Assembly: GCA_937912125.1 (NCBI GenBank)
Contig: CALDOK010000192.1
Span: 15,146-79,145 of the forward strand
Length of the DNA: 64,000 bases
DNA from: an uncultured Pseudomonadota bacterium
GTDB lineage: Bacteria > Myxococcota_A > UBA796 > JAFGLY01
Direction: 5' to 3'
The position numbers and the translations under genes are program-made. Of this stretch, positions 47,895-57,669 are shown in pieces (position 1 is the first letter of the stretch; every line of letters starts with the position of its first letter). The notes below the pieces were generated by a model that had not been told where the DNA came from, did no database searches, and was given only the letters and a program-made list of their open reading frames with translations.

Positions 47895-48677
47895 ATGAGC
47901 ACTCGCATCTACTACTTCACCGGAACTGGAAACTCGCTGTGGGCCGCGCGCGTGCTGGCCGAGCGGCTCGACGCGGCGCCGCCCGTCTCCATGGTGGGGG
48001 CGCTCCGCGAGGACGACCTGGCGCCTGCCGAGGACCGGATTGGCCTGGTGACACCTGTCTACATGTATCGCCTGCCCCACTTGGTGGTGGACTTCGTCAA
48101 GCGCCTCCAGACCAAGGCGCCGGTGTTCCTGGTGGTCACCGGCGGCGGCGATCCCGGCGACCTGTTCGTTCACGCCCAGGAGCTCTTCGGTGCGCGCGGG
48201 CTCGACCTGGCTCAGGGCCTCTACCTCACCGTGCAGTCCAACTACCTCCCATTCGGCGGAGCGCCCGAGGAAGACGTCTTGGCGGAGCGTCTGGCCGAAG
48301 CATCGGCCCGGCTGGACGATCTGGCCGGTGTCGTCCAGCGGGGGGAGCGTCGGCTCGACCGCGATCACGACCGCTTCCGCGCCTGGGTGCACCCCGGGCT
48401 GCTGTATCGCCTGGGCTACAAGTACATCTCCGTGAGCGACAAGAGCTACCGGGTAGACGACAGCTGCAACGGCTGCGGCATCTGCGCCCGCGTCTGTCCC
48501 GTCGACAACATCGCCATGGTCCAGGAGCGGCCCAGCTGGAAGAACGTTTGCCAGCAGTGCATGGCCTGCATGCAGTGGTGCCCGAAGGTGGCCATCCAGG
48601 TCAAGGAAAAGACCAGGGGCCAGCGCCGCTACCACCACCCGGAGGTGCGGGTGAAGGACATCATCGCGCAGCGATAG
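47895..48677 (+). CDS. EFR1-family flavodoxin/ferredoxin fusion
   Basis: YYFTGTGNS, CNGCGICARVCP, CQQCMACMQWCP and RYHHP; GGAGG precedes ATG 47895. Confidence 0.88.
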   Translation: MSTRIYYFTGTGNSLWAARVLAERLDAAPPVSMVGALREDDLAPAEDRIGLVTPVYMYRLPHLVVDFVKRLQTKAPVFLVVTGGGDPGDLFVHAQELFGARGLDLAQGLYLTVQSNYLPFGGAPEEDVLAERLAEASARLDDLAGVVQRGERRLDRDHDRFRAWVHPGLLYRLGYKYISVSDKSYRVDDSCNGCGICARVCPVDNIAMVQERPSWKNVCQQCMACMQWCPKVAIQVKEKTRGQRRYHHPEVRVKDIIAQR

Positions 48678-48699
48678 GCGTGCGCTCGGCGGCCGCCCC

Positions 48700-50391
48700 T
48701 CAGGGCTTCATCGAGTAGGCGCCATCCAGGGCCAGCACCTGCTGCCACACGCGCTCGCGGCGGGCGTCGTCAGCGACGGGCCTGCGGATCATCTGCTTGG
48801 CCAGCAGGCGCTGAGTGCGGGTGGCGGCGGGCTTGCAGTACAGCTGCAGCGCGAACCTGGAGAAGTCCCGGACCATGGTGTCGAAGATCTGGTCCACCAG
48901 GTCGTCGTCCACGGCACTGAGCTTGGCGTTCTCGAGGATCAGCTGGCCGTAGGCCACCAGGGTGAACAGCTCACCCAGGATCAGCAGGAAGTCGAAGTCC
49001 GCGGCCTGCTCCTTGGAGGGGCGCGCCGAGAACAGCAGGCCCTCGAAGATCAGGACCTGCCGGCGGAACCGGCGCACATTGGGCAGGTCCACGCTGCGGT
49101 AGGTGCGGCGATAGCCGTGGAACTGGATCTTGCTCAGGCCCTTGGTCGGGCCCTGACGCCACAGGAAGTCGTCGTCGTCGGGCCGCATCATGCGGGGGAT
49201 CTCGGGGAAGTCGCCGGGGGAGAAGAAGAAGTTCTTCATGAACTTGATGACCAGCGCCATGTTGACGTGCACCGTGCCCTCGAGCTTGGGCAGGGCGCGG
49301 ATGTCTCGGACGACCATCTCGAAGACCAGGTCCTTCTCGAAGCCGCGGGCGGCGATGACGTCCCACAGCAGGTCCATGACCTGTTCGCCCTGGGTGGTCA
49401 CCTTCATCTTGACCATGGGGGTGTACAACAGGTAGCGCCGGTCGCTGGGTGACGCCGCGCGCACGTAGTCGGAGGCGCGCTGGGCGAACAGCCTCATGGC
49501 CGTCAGGCGAGCGTAGGCATCGACGAACAGCTGCTGGATGTGGGGGAAGTCGGTGACCGCGGAGCCGAACAGGTGGCGGTGATGGGCGTGGCTGATGGCC
49601 TCGTAGAAGGCGTGGCTGCACAGCCCGATGCTGGCCCAGCCCAAGTTGAACTTGCCCACATTGACTGTGTTCAGCGCCATGTCCCAGGCCTCGCGGCCCG
49701 TGGCCAGGACCTCGTCGTCGGCCACCGGGTAGTCGTCCAGCCGGTACTCACCCACGTAGTTCTGGGAGTTGCAGATGTTCTTGACGCACTCGTAGTGTCG
49801 CCGCTGGGAGTCCACCGCGAAGAAGCAGTACTCGTCTGTGTCTCCAAGCTTGCCGAAGGTGGAGATCCACGCAGCCCGGTTGGCATTGCCGATGTAGTAC
49901 TTGCTGCCCTGGGCCAGGTAGCCGCCTGCGTCCTGGGGGTAGAGCCGAGTGGAGGTGGAGTAGATGTCGGCGCCGTGGTCGCGCTCGGACAGGCCGAAGC
50001 CGAACACCCCGCCATCCCGCAGGGCCTGGGCCGCCCGCTGCTTCATGGTGGCGTTGTCGGTCATCCACAGGGGACCCAGGCCCAGGATGCTCACCTGCCA
50101 GGTGTACCAGTACGCCAGGCCGTAGAAGGCAAGGATCTCGTTGAAGGCGCAGTTTCGGTGGGTGTCCCAGCGGGTGGTGCCGTCGCCCTGAGCCTTCGGG
50201 GTGAGCAGCTGGGCGAAGATGCCGTGTTCGCCTTGGAACGCGATGAAGTCTTCGTAGAAGGTGCGCTCGTGGTCAGCCTTCTTGAGCTGCGCCTTGCCGC
50301 GATCCTCGAAGAAGCCGATGGTCTTCTTCATGATGTCGCGGGAGGGAGCGTCGAGGTGGTGGAAGGTCTCGGTGCTGGGATTGAAGAGCAT
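48700..50391 (-). CDS. Acyl-CoA dehydrogenase family protein
   Basis: FGLSERDHGAD, GSKYYIGN, GKFNLG, AARGFE and LPKLEGTVHVN. Confidence 0.88.
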   Translation of the reverse strand: MLFNPSTETFHHLDAPSRDIMKKTIGFFEDRGKAQLKKADHERTFYEDFIAFQGEHGIFAQLLTPKAQGDGTTRWDTHRNCAFNEILAFYGLAYWYTWQVSILGLGPLWMTDNATMKQRAAQALRDGGVFGFGLSERDHGADIYSTSTRLYPQDAGGYLAQGSKYYIGNANRAAWISTFGKLGDTDEYCFFAVDSQRRHYECVKNICNSQNYVGEYRLDDYPVADDEVLATGREAWDMALNTVNVGKFNLGWASIGLCSHAFYEAISHAHHRHLFGSAVTDFPHIQQLFVDAYARLTAMRLFAQRASDYVRAASPSDRRYLLYTPMVKMKVTTQGEQVMDLLWDVIAARGFEKDLVFEMVVRDIRALPKLEGTVHVNMALVIKFMKNFFFSPGDFPEIPRMMRPDDDDFLWRQGPTKGLSKIQFHGYRRTYRSVDLPNVRRFRRQVLIFEGLLFSARPSKEQAADFDFLLILGELFTLVAYGQLILENAKLSAVDDDLVDQIFDTMVRDFSRFALQLYCKPAATRTQRLLAKQMIRRPVADDARRERVWQQVLALDGAYSMKP

Positions 50392-50485
50392 GTGCACCTC
50401 AGGCGGGGGACGGGATCTCGTAGCCTCGGTGGAGCTCCGGGCCCAACTCTGCGTTCGCCCTCCTGACCTGGGACAGCTTGGAGCT

Positions 50486-52138
50486 TCAGCCCAGCCCGGA
50501 CACCGCGAGCATGTGGTCCAGCCGGTGGTCGACGGTGTGGTCGCGCAGCACCCGCTCCCGCCCTCTGCACGCGATGGCGGCGGCCTCTTCGGGGTGTGCC
50601 AGGAAGTGACGCACCTTGGCCTCGAGATCGGCGTAGGAGCGCCAGGAGACGATCTCGCGGCCTGGCTCGAAGAGTTCGTGCAGGTGTGGGCTGTGCTCGG
50701 CCAGCACGAAGCCGCCGCATGCGAGCACGTCGAACACGCGCATGGTCACGATGTCTCGCTGATACAGCCGGTCGATGTCCAGGCTGATGGTGCTGGACTG
50801 GTAGATGTGGTTGATCTCCTGGCCGTGTCCTGCCCGGCCTCGGTACCGGCCTCCACCCTGCTCGATGAGCCTCCAGCCTTCGTCTCCCCAGGCCTGGGCA
50901 CCGAAGCCTGCGAGGCCCACGACGGTGTTCAGGCGCTTCTCCGCGGCGGCCGTCTCGCCCAGCATCAGGCCGGGGTCCCCGAGCCCGGCGGCGATGCTGG
51001 CCTGGCGAAAGCCTGGGAGCGCCGCGTCCAGAGCCTCGGAGACCAGGAAGCGACCGGGGTGTTGCCGCTGCAGGGCAAGGACGCGCTGTGGCAGATCCTG
51101 GGGTGGGCTCGAGCCTCCCTGAGCGGTCCAGCGGTCCAGCGCCCCGTCGAAGCGCGCTCGCAGCCGCCTGGCTTGGAGCAGCATGGAGGAGCCGACGAAG
51201 CTGACGGTGGCGGCGTAGGGGTGGTCTGGGGGCAGGGGACCGGGCGCCCGGGTGCGGGGGTTGCTGGCCAGGGGCATGTACTCGACATGCTCGAACCCGC
51301 CGGTCTGGTAGCGCTGCACGTTGTTGGGATCGTGCGTGAAGACCCACACGTGATCTGTGGTGCCTCGTGCGCGGGCGCTGTCGATGGTCGGGTCCACCTC
51401 CCAGCAGATCAGCGGGAGCCCCGCCGCCCTGCAGGCCTCGGCCATGCCGCTGGTGTAGTTGATGGTGGCCGCCATCGAGGCCTGCGCCAGGCGGGCGTTG
51501 TGGGCGATCTCCTCGACAGCGTGCCGCTCCACCTCCCAGGGCAGCACCGTGAAGCCTCGGTGCCTGAGCGCCTCGGCCAGATCGTCCACGAACAGCTCCC
51601 CCGTTACCATCAGCGCGCGCTTGGAGCCCACGCCGTGGTCCAGCAGCGCCCGCTCCATGCCGTGGACCTTGTCGAGCACCGGGTGGCTCACCACCGCGGA
51701 CTCCCAGGGCAGGTGTCGCAGCAGATCCGAGGCCAGCGCCAGGCGCAGGCGGCCGGTCCTCAACGCGGCCCCCCAGTCGTGGCGCGCCAAGGCCACCCGC
51801 AGCAGCCAGGGGTCGCGATCCCAGGCCACTACCGTGGCGCGGGGCCAGCGCTCGAGGGCCGCCTGGACAGTCTCGCCCAGCCCGACGCCGAAGCACAGCA
51901 CCCTGCGCGGCTCTCCGTGTGGAGCCAGCATCGCCTGCGCGGCCTCGCTCCCGAGGCTCAGGGGCACCCAGCGGCGGCCCAGCCGGTACACCACCGGCCC
52001 CCCCTTGTCGTCGGGGAGGCGACGCAGGTGGCTGTCGTCCACGGGCAGGTGGAGCCGCGCTGCGAGGCGCTGGTCCTGCGCAGCGAGAGCGGCGAGGCGC
52101 TCACGCAGACGGTCGGTGTCGGGACGCAGGGGCTGCAT
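50486..52138 (-). CDS. CgeB-like glycosyltransferase with an N-terminal Maf/methyltransferase-like region
   Basis: YMPLASNP, VSFVGS, MRVFDVLACGGFVL and DHTVDHRL; N-terminal CFGVGLG. Confidence 0.8.
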   Translation of the reverse strand: MQPLRPDTDRLRERLAALAAQDQRLAARLHLPVDDSHLRRLPDDKGGPVVYRLGRRWVPLSLGSEAAQAMLAPHGEPRRVLCFGVGLGETVQAALERWPRATVVAWDRDPWLLRVALARHDWGAALRTGRLRLALASDLLRHLPWESAVVSHPVLDKVHGMERALLDHGVGSKRALMVTGELFVDDLAEALRHRGFTVLPWEVERHAVEEIAHNARLAQASMAATINYTSGMAEACRAAGLPLICWEVDPTIDSARARGTTDHVWVFTHDPNNVQRYQTGGFEHVEYMPLASNPRTRAPGPLPPDHPYAATVSFVGSSMLLQARRLRARFDGALDRWTAQGGSSPPQDLPQRVLALQRQHPGRFLVSEALDAALPGFRQASIAAGLGDPGLMLGETAAAEKRLNTVVGLAGFGAQAWGDEGWRLIEQGGGRYRGRAGHGQEINHIYQSSTISLDIDRLYQRDIVTMRVFDVLACGGFVLAEHSPHLHELFEPGREIVSWRSYADLEAKVRHFLAHPEEAAAIACRGRERVLRDHTVDHRLDHMLAVSGLG

Positions 52139-52204
52139 ACCGACAGCTTAGCCTGGCCGCCCCCGCCAGTCCGAGATCGCCGGGGGCTTGGGTCTTGCAG
52201 GCCC

Positions 52205-53011
52205 CTATCGGCGGTCCGTGCTCTCGAAGATCCGGTCGGCGGAGCTGGCGATGAAGCCCTGATACAGATCGCCGCTCGCGTCGGGGTGGCGCTGGGCGAA
52301 CTCGTAGTAGCAGCCCGGGACCTCGAGGGGGCCGTCGGCGAGCTGCACCTGGACCACGTTGGCCACGGTCGAGGACTGCTCCAGTAGCTGGACGGGGCTG
52401 CCCTTGATCAGACCCCCAGCCCTGTTGAGCTCGAAGCCATTGGCCATCAGCAGGGTGTTGACCTCCTCGAGGCTGTCGAGGGTCTCGAGGGCGTTGACCA
52501 GCACGGTGAAGTGGTTGGGGCGGAAGCCGTGAGCCGCGACCCAGGCGGCGTACTCGCTGACCTCGGCCAGCCGGCGCCAGGTGGCATGATCCACCGACCA
52601 GGGGCGGCCGCTGGTGCAGAAGGCGAAGTCATGTGTCGTCGCTGGATCCACCTGGGCGACGAGGTCGGCGATGATCTCCTGGATGTCGGCAGGCATCGCG
52701 TCGACCAGCAGCTCGCTGATGAACACCTTGGGTCGCCCTGGCGCGTCGAAGTGGACCGCCCGCAGCTTCTTGGCGGGGAAGGTGTAGTGGCCGCACTCCT
52801 GGTAGCCGCTGGCCAGGAAGGGACGAGCCAGGGCCTCGATCCCTACCGGGGCCAGGCTGTAGGTGCGCAGCGCGATGTGGTCGTTGACCACGCGCTCGCC
52901 CCGAGCCTCGAAGAGATCGCGCACGGCGCGCGCCTGGGGGTTCATGCCCAGGTAGTCCTGCCACATGTGGTTCAGCAGTGCGTCGAGATCGTGGATGGTG
53001 TCAGCGCTCAT
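52205..53011 (-). CDS. DUF1338 family protein (2-oxoadipate dioxygenase/decarboxylase, HglS-like)
   Basis: NDHIALRT, PKVFISEL, SEYAAW, NHFTV, LEQSST, YEFAQR and ADRIFEST. Confidence 0.85.
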   Translation of the reverse strand: MSADTIHDLDALLNHMWQDYLGMNPQARAVRDLFEARGERVVNDHIALRTYSLAPVGIEALARPFLASGYQECGHYTFPAKKLRAVHFDAPGRPKVFISELLVDAMPADIQEIIADLVAQVDPATTHDFAFCTSGRPWSVDHATWRRLAEVSEYAAWVAAHGFRPNHFTVLVNALETLDSLEEVNTLLMANGFELNRAGGLIKGSPVQLLEQSSTVANVVQVQLADGPLEVPGCYYEFAQRHPDASGDLYQGFIASSADRIFESTDRR

Positions 53012-53013
53012 GG

Positions 53014-54633
53014 TCACTCCAGCGTGTGCGTTGGGGCGGAAAAGAGGACTCCGGGGGCCAGGCTCCAGCCGGGGTCGAGGGCGGCCTTGGTGGCGCGCAG
53101 CTGATCCATGGCCTCGGGGCCTCGGGTCATGACCAGCATGCGTTGCTTGAGAGGGCTCCGACCCACCCCATGCTCCGACAGGGGACAGCCGCCCAGGGCG
53201 ATGGCCTGTGCGGCCAGCTCCAACAGGGCCGCCTCGCCTGCGGCCATGTCGGCGGCGGAGGTGGGCAGGGCGTTGGGGTGCACGTTGCCATCGCTGATGT
53301 GCCCATAGATGCAGGCCTCGAGCCCATGCTCGGCGAAGACGCTGCGGTAAGCATCCAGCATGGTGGCGAAGTGCTCGAAGGGGACGATCATGTCGCCCCC
53401 CAGCTTGTGGACCGCGGGGTCCTGGCGCTGGTGGCGGAGCAGCCACTCGCTCACGGCCAGGGGGATGGCCTCGCGCACCGCCGCGAGCTGGGCCTGCCTG
53501 CTGCTCTGCTCAGGCAACGCGAGCTCGGTGGTCTCCAGGGCATCGTGGGCCAGCAGGGCGTCCACGAGATCCGCGATGGGGCCCTCGGGAGCGCCGGCGA
53601 AGGCGCTGTCCAGCTGGCCCATCACCGCCTCGTCTCGAGTCCCTGCGGGCAGCTCATGCACCAGCAGCAGCGCAGCACTGGCGCCCTCGGGCACGGTGAC
53701 CCGCAGCTCCTCCAGCTTGCCCTCCGCCTGGATCAGGGCCAGGCACCGGGCGTCGAAGTACTCGATGCTGCGCACGGCCAGACCACCAGGGCGCTCTCCT
53801 TGGCCCGTGAGCCGAGACCGCTCGCGCAGGGTCCGGGTCAGGGCCACAGCGCTGGCATCGTCGGGCAGGAAGACCAGGGCCAGCAGCTCCGTGGGCAGGG
53901 GGCGCAGGGAAAGCTCGACCTCGGTGATGATGCCCAGGGTGCCCTCGGAGCCGATGAACAGGTCGATGGGGTCCATGGGGTCCCGCACCATGTAGGCGGC
54001 GGACGTCTTGCGCAGCTGTGGGGAGAGGGCCGTGGGGATGGGCACGGAGAGGCAGCGCTCCCCCAGCAGCTCCAGGATGTCGCCCGGATGCATCCGGTGT
54101 TCCCCCCGCGTGATCTCCAGCACTTCGCCGTGGCGCAGCGCGACGCGGATGCGTTGGACCCAGTCGCGGGTGGTGCCGTAGGCGAAGGTCGCCGCGCCCG
54201 CGGCGTTGGTGGCCACGTTGCCGCCGATGCTGGCGCCGTCGTGGGTGGGGGCGGGCGGGTAGTATAGGCCGTGCTCGGCCAAGGTGGCATGCAGCTCGGC
54301 CAGCACCAGCCCTGCTCCTGCCACGGCGCGGGAGGTCTGGGGGTCGACCCTGAGGTGGCGCAGGCGCGCCAGGGAGATGACCACCTCCCCGCAGGGGGTG
54401 GCGCCCCCGGTGAGGCTGGTCAGGGCACCCTGGGGAAGCACGGCCGTGTCCGGGTTGGCTCGCAGCCAGGCGCAGAGCTCTTCTTCGCTCCGGGGCTCCA
54501 CCAGCCCCGAAGCTCCGCTGCCCTCCATGGCCGCGGCGTCGCGGGCCACGGCCTCGAGGCGGTCGGGGTCCCTCACGGTGGCCGGAAGGGCTCGCTGGGC
54601 GGGTCGCTGCAGGGTCAAGCGTACGGTGGACAT
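53014..54633 (-). CDS. FAD-linked 2-hydroxyacid dehydrogenase (GlcD/D-2-hydroxyglutarate dehydrogenase family)
   Basis: SLTGGATP, IGGNVATNAAG, GSEGTLG, GHISDGNVH and EHGVG. Confidence 0.88.
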   Translation of the reverse strand: MSTVRLTLQRPAQRALPATVRDPDRLEAVARDAAAMEGSGASGLVEPRSEEELCAWLRANPDTAVLPQGALTSLTGGATPCGEVVISLARLRHLRVDPQTSRAVAGAGLVLAELHATLAEHGLYYPPAPTHDGASIGGNVATNAAGAATFAYGTTRDWVQRIRVALRHGEVLEITRGEHRMHPGDILELLGERCLSVPIPTALSPQLRKTSAAYMVRDPMDPIDLFIGSEGTLGIITEVELSLRPLPTELLALVFLPDDASAVALTRTLRERSRLTGQGERPGGLAVRSIEYFDARCLALIQAEGKLEELRVTVPEGASAALLLVHELPAGTRDEAVMGQLDSAFAGAPEGPIADLVDALLAHDALETTELALPEQSSRQAQLAAVREAIPLAVSEWLLRHQRQDPAVHKLGGDMIVPFEHFATMLDAYRSVFAEHGLEACIYGHISDGNVHPNALPTSAADMAAGEAALLELAAQAIALGGCPLSEHGVGRSPLKQRMLVMTRGPEAMDQLRATKAALDPGWSLAPGVLFSAPTHTLE

Positions 54634-54735
54634 CGTGTACTCCGGGCTGGCCAGCGCAAGCTAACCACGCCGATGGTGTGCGAACGTCCTCTGCTGTGAG
54701 CCACCCCACCCGTCAGTGGGGTCAGCAGGTCGGGA

Positions 54736-55962
54736 TCAGGGAAGCGCCAAGCTGGCCTGGACCGTGTCGGCGATCATGGCCCCCACCGTCCCGTGCCCTT
54801 CTGGGCTGAAGTGCAGGCAGTCGACGAACCAGGCTTGGGGAGGGACGCTGTAGCTCTCCAAGGTCAGCGCCTCGAGATCCAGCAGCGTGGCGCCGCCCTC
54901 GCGAGCGGCGGCGCGTACGGCGTCGGTCATGGTGGCGTCCGCCCGCATGGGCGAGGGGTCCGTGGCCAGGGCTCGGCGCAGGTCGTCCGCAGCCCGTGGG
55001 TCACCGTCGTTACTTCGCAGCCGACCCCGGGCGTGGAGCAGCTCTGCGCAGTCAGGGTGGGCCTGGAGGGCTCGCTCGAGGGCGGGGAGCTGGTCGTGCG
55101 GGACAGGCCTGCTCCCGTAGGTCTCGAGATCGATGATGGCTCGAGCCTCGGGGCAGCCACGGCCGATGGGTCGGCACATCAACCAATTGGAGATGGGCGT
55201 GACCAGGACGGTCTGTACTCCTCGCTTGGCGGCCTGCTGGGTGATGGCTACGAGGTTGCGCTGCAGGGCCTCGGCCGCCAGCAAGCGCTGGCCGTCGGAG
55301 ATCGGCAGGTGGGGCTCTCCAGGCTGCGGCCGCCTGCGCCCGTCGCCGCTCTCGCCGGCTCGGGGCGAGACCAGATCGCGCAGCAGCAGGTAGGCTCGGC
55401 TGCGCCACAGCAGCAGGCGCAGGCGCACCTGCACGGCACCTCCGAAGCTGCCGTAGCGCTGCTCTTGCAGGGTGTTGCCCAGATCGTTGTGGCCTGTGTA
55501 GATCACCAGCAGCTCGGGGCCGAAGGACAGGGCCTCGAGGGCCAACTGCCGGATGTCGTGGCTGTCCAAGCCAGGGTTGCCCAGGTTGAGCGCCTCGATG
55601 GCGACGCCCCGCTCGGCCAGGGTGCGGGCGGCGGCGGCGGGCAGCTCGAGATCGGTGGCGATGCGGCTGCCGCCGTGCATGGAGGAACCCCCCAAGAAGA
55701 CCACACGGGGAAGGCCGGGGATGGCCTGGGCGGCGAAGCTGACAGGCTCGGAGCGGTCCTGGTAGCGAGCGACCACGGTCCCTTCCACCTGCTCGAAGCT
55801 GGGCCGCTGGCTGTCCCAGCGCTGCCACAGGCCTGGAGGGTCCGGGGGAGAGCCCATGCCTGCTCGAGCCAGGCCTTCCACAGCGAGCAGCAGCAGGGCG
55901 GCGGTGGCCAGGCCCAGCAGGGCTCGGAGCGGGCGTGAGCGGCGGATCGGCGTGGTGGGCAT
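54736..55962 (-). CDS. Membrane-anchored SGNH/GDSL hydrolase with a TPR-like insert
   Basis: LLLAVEGLAR anchor; FLGGSS, NLGNPG, YTGHND and DCLH. Confidence 0.82.
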   Translation of the reverse strand: MPTTPIRRSRPLRALLGLATAALLLLAVEGLARAGMGSPPDPPGLWQRWDSQRPSFEQVEGTVVARYQDRSEPVSFAAQAIPGLPRVVFLGGSSMHGGSRIATDLELPAAAARTLAERGVAIEALNLGNPGLDSHDIRQLALEALSFGPELLVIYTGHNDLGNTLQEQRYGSFGGAVQVRLRLLLWRSRAYLLLRDLVSPRAGESGDGRRRPQPGEPHLPISDGQRLLAAEALQRNLVAITQQAAKRGVQTVLVTPISNWLMCRPIGRGCPEARAIIDLETYGSRPVPHDQLPALERALQAHPDCAELLHARGRLRSNDGDPRAADDLRRALATDPSPMRADATMTDAVRAAAREGGATLLDLEALTLESYSVPPQAWFVDCLHFSPEGHGTVGAMIADTVQASLALP

Positions 55963-56087
55963 TACGGCTCGGTTGGGCTGGTTCCAAGCCTAGCGGCGCA
56001 CCTCATTGTGCGCCAGCTTGGCTCGTTCGGGCTATGGGCTGCGCCCCCCGGGCCTGGCCAACATCCGTCCAGCCTCATGAGGTGAGC

Positions 56088-56765
56088 ATGGATCGTTGGG
56101 AGCTGGTCGATAGCTCGCCCTTGCCCGATGGCCGCGGGATGCTGCGCCTCATGCGGCTGGGGCACGAGATGTCCATCGACGTGGGCGGACAGCAGCTGAT
56201 GGGCTCTTGGGCCCACGCGTCGGAGGATGCTCTAGGCGAGAGGTCCTGTGATGTCGTGCGACAGTACGCGCAGGCCCGCGTCCTCATCGGCGGCTTGGGC
56301 ATGGGCTTCACGCTGGCCGCGTCGCTCGAGCGGCTGGGCGAAGACGCCAGCGTGGTGGTGGCTGAGCTGATCCCGGCCGTGGTTCGCTGGAACCGCGGCG
56401 TGCTGGGGGCTGTGGCCGGTCGCCCACTGGATGACCCCAGGGTGGAGGTCTACGAGGGAGATGTCGCCGACAAGCTGGTGAACCAGGCGACGCCCTGGAA
56501 CGCCATCCTGCTGGATGTGGACAACGGGCCGGAGGTCTGCACCCACTTGGGCAACGGCTGGCTGTACACCCCGCAGGGACTCGCCGCCTGCTTCGATGCC
56601 TTGGCGCCTGGGGGCGTGCTGGGCGTGTGGTCGGCTTGGCATGACAGCACGTTCACGGACGTAGTCGTGGCCGCCGGCTTCCGAGTAGTGGTCTATCGGG
56701 TGCGGGCGCAGGGCTCTCAGGGAGGCGTGCGCCACGCGGTGTGGATGGCCTTGCGGCCCCACTGA
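56088..56765 (+). CDS. Spermidine synthase-like class I SAM-binding protein
   Basis: VLIGGLGMGFT, AEL, LLDVDNGP and PGGVLGVWSA; GAGG RBS. Confidence 0.82.
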   Translation: MDRWELVDSSPLPDGRGMLRLMRLGHEMSIDVGGQQLMGSWAHASEDALGERSCDVVRQYAQARVLIGGLGMGFTLAASLERLGEDASVVVAELIPAVVRWNRGVLGAVAGRPLDDPRVEVYEGDVADKLVNQATPWNAILLDVDNGPEVCTHLGNGWLYTPQGLAACFDALAPGGVLGVWSAWHDSTFTDVVVAAGFRVVVYRVRAQGSQGGVRHAVWMALRPH

Positions 56766-56773
56766 TCTGCGGA

Positions 56774-57553
56774 TCAGCCCTCGAAACTCAGGCCGTCACG
56801 CTTGACCTGCAGGGTGACCAGGCGCTGCTCCCCCGACGCGATGCGATGCACGACGAGCTCTGCCAGCTGTGGCGGCGCCCTGGGGGTGTAGTGCGCCGGT
56901 CGGTGGAGCAAGAGGACGGTGTCGAAGAGCTCGAGATCCAGCCCTCGGCGTCTGAGGTGCCCGAGCCCGGGCTTCATGCCTTCGCCGTCCAGCAAGGAGC
57001 GGTCGAGCGCCGTGACCAACAGCACGGCTACGTTGTGTTCACGCGCCAGCTCCTGGAAGCCGCAGAGTGTTCGTCGTCGGTCTTCTTTGCCGTACTGGGC
57101 GCTGGCCGAGTTGGTGTGGACTGGATCGACCACCACCAGCGCCAGCCCGGGGCTGTGGGCCAGGGCTTGCTGGGTTCCCTCGGCTACGGCTTCGTGCTGG
57201 AGGACCAGGCCGCCCACGGGGAACAGGTGCAGATCCCAGCGCTTGACGAGCTCGGTGAAGCCAGCGGAGCCCTGGCCCCGCAGGCTGGAGCGCGAGGGCT
57301 CCACGCCGCTGACGGTGGCGAACAGCCGCAGCAGGAGGTCACCGTTCTCGTAGAACGAGGTGAAGTACCCCGCAGCGGCACCCTGGGGCTCCCGCGCGGA
57401 GAGGGCCATGTTGATGGCCATGGTGCTCTTGCCCATGCCTGGCGCGCCCGCGAGCAGGGTTACGCAGCCGCGGTGCAGCGCACCGCCGTTGGAGTCCAAG
57501 CGTGCGATGCCAGTCTGAACGGCCGCGCCTTCCGGGCTCTCGAAGCCAGTCAT
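56774..57553 (-). CDS. Stand-alone, degenerate DnaB C-terminal ATPase-like domain; start uncertain
   Basis: TGIARLD, GAPGMGKST, LAREHNVAV and DTVLLLHR; no DnaB N-terminal domain. Confidence 0.72.
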   Translation of the reverse strand: MTGFESPEGAAVQTGIARLDSNGGALHRGCVTLLAGAPGMGKSTMAINMALSAREPQGAAAGYFTSFYENGDLLLRLFATVSGVEPSRSSLRGQGSAGFTELVKRWDLHLFPVGGLVLQHEAVAEGTQQALAHSPGLALVVVDPVHTNSASAQYGKEDRRRTLCGFQELAREHNVAVLLVTALDRSLLDGEGMKPGLGHLRRRGLDLELFDTVLLLHRPAHYTPRAPPQLAELVVHRIASGEQRLVTLQVKRDGLSFEG

Positions 57554-57669
57554 GGAAGCTCCATGCCAGAGAGAAGCTCGCGGAGCCGCATCAGTGGCTG
57601 CCGCCAGCATACCGCATCGGCGCTCTCGCCAGGACACGGCACGGGGGCCGATGAACTCGGCCCAGGGGT

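Noticed and set aside
56774-57553. DnaB-like gene as a prophage marker
   Set aside because: No integrase, structural genes or compositional shift nearby.
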